A stretch of DNA of 64,000 bases from Stylophora pistillata (lineage: Eukaryota). The notes beneath the pieces were generated by a model, which worked only from the letters and a program-made list of their open reading frames with translations, was not told the origin of the DNA and did no database searches. Made by a program: the position numbers and the translations under genes. The stretch covers positions 70,907 through 134,906 of the forward strand of contig NW_019218153.1 in NCBI RefSeq assembly GCF_002571385.2. Direction: 5' to 3'. Positions 60,038 to 64,000 of the stretch are shown here, piece after piece (position 1 is the stretch's first letter; every line of letters starts with the position of its first letter).

Positions 60038-63007
60038 ATGGAAGGTAATTTCGGGATTTCGTTGCATTGCGCCTCTTTTATTTCCAAATCTCAGTCAAAC
60101 TCTTATTATGAGGGACTCCATGAATTGTTCTCCCTTGTTGTCTTATATTTCTTACAAGCCTCATACGAGGCCTTATGAAGCATATAGGACATGTGGAAGT
60201 GTGCACGACCGTAGTCAGTTCAGAAATTTATTCGGTTTAAACGACAAAATACGATCCGATAGGCCCTAGATTTGTCTTCTAAGCTCTTCTTCTCGGATTA
60301 AACGGCGAAAAATGTCTGCTGCGTTTAATTTCAAAGCGATTTCCACGGTGTTCTTTTATTCAAATTCGCGCTCAGAGATTGCACAGACTACTATAAATTA
60401 TGCCTCGGGGACTTACCATCGCTTACGCTTAGCCAAATTTTCGATCTTTGCTGCCATTTTATCGATGGAAAGGGCTAAAATTTGGAGACAAATGATACTT
60501 TCAAGTCGTTACGACCTGGAAGACGCGAAGACATGATGTTGTTCTTCTTTACTCGAAGGAGCGAAGTCAAAGAAACGGTCCGCAGAGGTAGCGTTGTCCA
60601 AGTCCAAGCCGAAGAAAGCCAAGGCTGTAAAAGATGGGAAAAGAAAGAAGGCTAAAGGGGACGGGCCCCAAGTGAAGAGAGCCTCCTCTGCCTACATTCA
60701 CTTTACCACAGATTTTCGAAAGAAGCTCAAAGAGAAATGCGAGAAGAAGGGCGATTCTCTTCCAAAGGCGAACGAAGTCGCGAAGATGGCGGGCGAAGCG
60801 TGGAAGAATCTCACGGACGAGGAGAAAAAACCGTACAATATTTTGGCCCAGGAAGACAAAGAGCGCTACCTTAAGGAGGTTAGTAAGCATAACCGGCAAA
60901 ACAAAGCTCAAGTGTAAGATAAAATTACTCATTCTTCGTGAGTCAACATGGCCGCCACACTTCCAACCTTTCCCTGTTGGAGCAAGTGTTGACGTCACGT
61001 GATTTTTTAGTTTCTAAGGAAGGTGTGAACTCTTTCAAGGGAATTTCCTAATGATTTCAAAATTTTGAATTCTTTAATGCCAGAATGGGCTTTGACTTTC
61101 GTGATGAATAGAACTATTATTTTGAAGTAGACATTTCTTTTTTTTTACAAAAAAGCTGATTACAAATGCAGAGACCAGATAGTGAAATACCAATACAATC
61201 ATTTTCTTTTCTGAAAAACAAATTTCATATAAAACTATTTTTTTTCCATTGATCTCTATCATAAATAAATTCTTTCCTTTTTTTGCACCTCATGTGTATG
61301 CAATTTTAGAAATAACTTGATAAAAGCTAGTTTCTCAGAATTTCATAGCCAAGTTGGTTTAACTTGACAGAAAGACCATAACAAGTTTGAGTTTTGCAAA
61401 AATGAGAAATTCTTTGACCTAGTCACTATGCATAAAGACAGGGTAACTGTAGGAGCCATGCAGAGTTGAAATGGACAGTAAACCAGTGGTAAAGGTGACC
61501 GAGCTTAAATTCGATGAAGTGTCAAGCAGTTTCCTTTTATGGTCTTTCCAATAAAAGTTGGAGACACTACCAAATTGCTACACCTAAGAATTTTGTTTTG
61601 TGTGAAAAACATTGGTAAAAATTTTTAACAGGACAAGTGACTAACAAAAAGTTAGTCTTCTTCAAGAGTATTAAGGTTTTGGCAGAATGTGGTTTTGATC
61701 TTTGTTATTAAAAAAAAAAAAGACCCTCAAAAAAACTCTTCTTGGTCACATTTTTGACACATTTTTACCATACATTAAAAAATATGTGAAATTGATTACT
61801 AGACTACTAATAAATTTCATTTCAGTCAACCTAGAGCAAACTTGTTTCCAGATATTTTATTATACACCACTTTGATGTGGATCTTTCCTATATGTACTTT
61901 TAGAATTCTTTGCAATGACAAACTCTAAACATAAGAGAAGGTTCACCTCCTCACTTTTGTCATTAGAAAATGTAACAAATGCATGATGCAGCCTGAGTTC
62001 AGGTTAGATTGTGTAGGTGACTGAATTGAATGGTACTTGAAAAGCAAAGCAAATACACCCTCCTAGGTGGGTCCAGGGACATAGTGCCCCAGAAAATTTG
62101 AAATTTGAAACTCTCTGAAACGTGATTTCAAGCATTCTAGGACATCTTTGAAAATTTTTTTAGCCATGCCTATTTTCAGTCTGATCACAATTCATTAAGT
62201 AGCCAGCACAAAATTGTCTGATAGCAAGGAGGTTTCGGGGGCTTACTGACCTCTAATGACAACTTTGCACTTTGATTTGTTGCTCCTAGAAAAAAATCAA
62301 GGAAAATGGCTTCAAACAATCTGTATAAAATTTAAGTTTGAAAGAGTATGAACCTTAATCTTAAATCTTTCTCTATCCATATAGAGTGGGAAATTTGCTA
62401 AGAAAGAATCAGATAAACCCAAGCGCGCTCCTACAGCTTATTTCATATTCCTTGCTGAATTCCGAGAGCAAATGAAAGGGAAAAAGATTGATGATAATCA
62501 GAAAATTCCTGCCTTGGCTGGAGAGAAGTGGCGAACCATGACTGATAAGGACAAAGAGAAATACAAACAGCAGGAGGCAGTAGCTAAAAAGAAACATGAA
62601 ACTGCAATGGAAGAGTGGAGGAAGAAGGTCAGTGTCTGCTGAAATATTGAAATCATTTCTACCAGCACATTAAGAGATGCTCTGCGAGACTCAAGCATCA
62701 ATCCAAAAACACAACACAATGTGCCTGACAGATTCTGAACCTGGACCTCTTGGCATAGGAGTGTGGCATGCTAGTCACAGGCCTGCCACCTTGTTGTTGA
62801 GTTGGTAGCTTAATTGCACTTTATCATCATTTTATTTATAGAATGCTGGAAAGGAGGTAGTAGCTGCACCAAAAGCAAAACCAGAGAAGAAGAAGCCTCC
62901 ACCCAAGAAGGAGGTTCCTAAACCATCAGAGTCGGAAGACGAGGATGATGACGATGAAGATGATGAAGAGGAGGAAGAGGAAGAGGAGCCTGAAGATGAC
63001 GATGATG
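60038..63007 (+). CDS. HMGB-type high-mobility-group protein (basic N-tail, two HMG boxes, acidic tail); exons 60038-60044, 60559-60878, 62385-62627, 62842-63007; 3' end not identified in window
   Basis: Box 1 VKRASSAYIHF...AKMAGEAWKNLTDEEKKPY; box 2 PKRAPTAYFIF...AGEKWRTMTDKDKEKY; Asp/Glu tract at 62930-63007; phases consistent. Confidence 0.88.
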
Positions 63008-64000
63008 GTATGTTGAGGATAATTACAGAACTAATTAGAATAAGAACGATTGTTAATTTTGAGCTTGGTGACGAGGTGGAGAATTTTTTGTCTTGTTGCA
63101 AGCATGGCACAAGGAAATAATTCTGAGTCCCCATGAGGAATCAAACCTCAGACCTGCAGATTCCAGAGCATTAGAGTCCAGAATCTGAAGGTCTGAATGG
63201 GGTTCAATCTTACATTTTTGAAAGCTCCAAGATAAAATAGTTGTGGAACACCTTCATAATGGAGTCGAAAACTACTTTCTGGCAGACTCCATCAGCTGGC
63301 AAAATGTTTCAGTTGGCTTATCTTCAAGCTGTGCTCTTGGAGGAATCACCAGTTGTATTTTTTCTCTGTTTTTGTTTTGTTTTATTTTCCCTCTACATGT
63401 TATCATAGTATCATTTCTAAGACAGCAAGGGAATGAGTTCCAAAGCATTGTACTAACAAGGCTCTAGCTCTACTCTTATGCAACTGATGTTTTTCTGGGT
63501 ATCAAGTTCACAGTGGTTTGGTGTGGTCTGTTCTCTTATGGACTGCAACATCACTGCTAATTGTGGTAAAAATTAAATTAACCCACTCCAGGAGTTTCAA
63601 TAAAAGCCAACTTCTGCCCTTTATAAGCCTACCAGTGTCCATTTAGCCTGCAGGCAGACTCGTGTGTTTGGTTCATGGCCCCTTTCCAGGCTCCTTTGCA
63701 GGCTCAGTCACCTGTCACACCATTAGCAACTACTTATCCCTTTCCCTACCAAGATCTCATTAGTAATTCTCCTCACTGTCTGCCATAGAATTCTTATGAG
63801 ATTAGTTTGGAGAATTTGTTATTGGTTAAACTGATAATCCCCTGACTTTCTTTTTTCCTTATTCTCGTGACTTGTCTGCTTGATATTGTATTGTTATTGT
63901 AAAGGGGAACTCTGTCTTAATCACTAATTGGAGATAAAGGGTTCTGGGAAAAGTTATTTATCAGAAACCTGACCTGATTTTGGCTTTGTAATTACAGAAT

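Overview
Intron-rich animal genomic DNA, not prokaryotic. The repeat families and gene structures suggest an anthozoan cnidarian, probably a stony coral (inference). Bases 1-11.7 kb are a gene-free transposon island: a near-intact ISL2EU/Harbinger-group DNA transposon (THAP-DDE transposase plus a spliced SAP-SWIM-YqaJ gene), a decayed DIRS retrotransposon and a Harbinger fragment. The rest is a compact gene cluster, assembled here exon by exon: intronless TPP1 (+), RRP8 (-) head-to-head with RPS3A (+), a 24-exon aminopeptidase O gene (-) head-to-head with ZMYND10 (+), and the 5' part of an HMGB-type gene (+). Introns contain many MITEs, SINEs, LINE fragments and Penelope remnants with hammerhead-like motifs. 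The most striking observation is that the AOPEP frame (~1900 aa) has a ~1200-aa N-terminal extension. Its first half resembles a caspase/CHAT-like (clan CD) domain with a candidate His-Cys dyad, plus a possible degenerate second copy, suggesting an endopeptidase-aminopeptidase fusion. TPP1-RRP8-RPS3A linkage also mirrors human 11p15.4/4q31.3. All homology calls are by recognition only; no searches were run.
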